Positions 63,703 through 64,000 of a stretch of DNA of 64,000 bases are shown here, in pieces. The notes under the pieces were generated by a model, which had not been told where the DNA came from, did no database searches, and saw nothing but the letters and a program-made list of their open reading frames with translations. This DNA comes from Candidatus Hopanoidivorans cymbastelae (GTDB taxonomy: Bacteria > Actinomycetota > Acidimicrobiia > Acidimicrobiales > Hopanoidiivorantaceae), in contig JAPYNY010000053.1 of the NCBI GenBank assembly GCA_028283145.1, forward strand, positions 6,175-70,174, in the 5' to 3' direction. Position 1 is the first letter of the stretch. The number at the start of each line of letters is the position of its first letter. The translations under genes were made by a program, and so were the position numbers.

Positions 63703-64000
63703 ATGAGCCTAACACTTACAGAACTGTCGCAGATAGTGGATTCAGAAGCAAACTTGGCTTGGAAAAAGAAAGCCAACTGCCTGGGGATTGACCCAGAACT
63801 TTTCTACCCGGAAAGGGGTGTGTCCAGTTCAAACGCCAAAAGCGTCTGCAATGGCTGCGTCGTCAAAAAGGAATGCCTGGAATTCGCCCTGCGCAATGGG
63901 GAGAAATTTGGAATCTGGGGTGGCTTGAGCGAGCGTGAGCGCCGGATCCTGCGCCGAGAGCGACGCATGGCAGCCCAACATGCAACAGCAGACCAAAACG
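63703..64000 (+). CDS. WhiB-family transcriptional regulator, 3' end beyond the window
   Basis: GGAGGA lies before the ATG. Translation is MSLTLTELSQ...ANCLGIDPELFYPERG...AKSVCNGCVVKKECLEFALRNGEKFGIWGGLSERERR, with the four-Cys WhiB pattern. An in-frame ATG at 63691 is an alternative start. Confidence 0.9.
   Translation, partial: MSLTLTELSQIVDSEANLAWKKKANCLGIDPELFYPERGVSSSNAKSVCNGCVVKKECLEFALRNGEKFGIWGGLSERERRILRRERRMAAQHATADQN

Overview
This 64-kb chromosomal segment reads like an Actinomycetota genome. Supporting genes are a WhiB-family regulator, LLM/F420-type and PPOX-type enzymes, a DivIVA-domain protein, the PDZ/Lon-like protease plus UPF0182 pair, a Cys-type sulfatase and a P450. GC looks moderately high by eye, and both strands are densely coding. 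Most of the window is core or catabolic: rpmB-rpmG, cysS, serB, rmuC, msrA, moaE, an initiator tRNA-fMet, a complete Liv-type ABC system, a peptide-type ABC system with no ATPase genes, and many oxidoreductase/hydrolase genes. Three stretches look accessory. (i) At 7.4-10.6 kb there is a visibly lower-GC islet with an amino-DNA-methyltransferase, a PIN-domain protein and small ORFs. (ii) At 27.9-32.9 kb three paralogous prepilin-like, four-cysteine proteins flank a plant-type LRR/FN3-like secreted protein. That protein's start codon and signal peptide are detached by a 9-nt homopolymer tract, a candidate phase switch. A fourth paralogue lies at 43.2-44.0 kb. (iii) At 41.1-46.5 kb there is a tandemly duplicated higBA module with reciprocal deletions, plus decayed genes. 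Separately, an indolepyruvate:ferredoxin-oxidoreductase-family gene is split between two frames. I saw no rRNA, CRISPR array, transposase or integrase. All functional calls come from motif recognition by eye on the supplied translations and my own hand translation, not from database searches.
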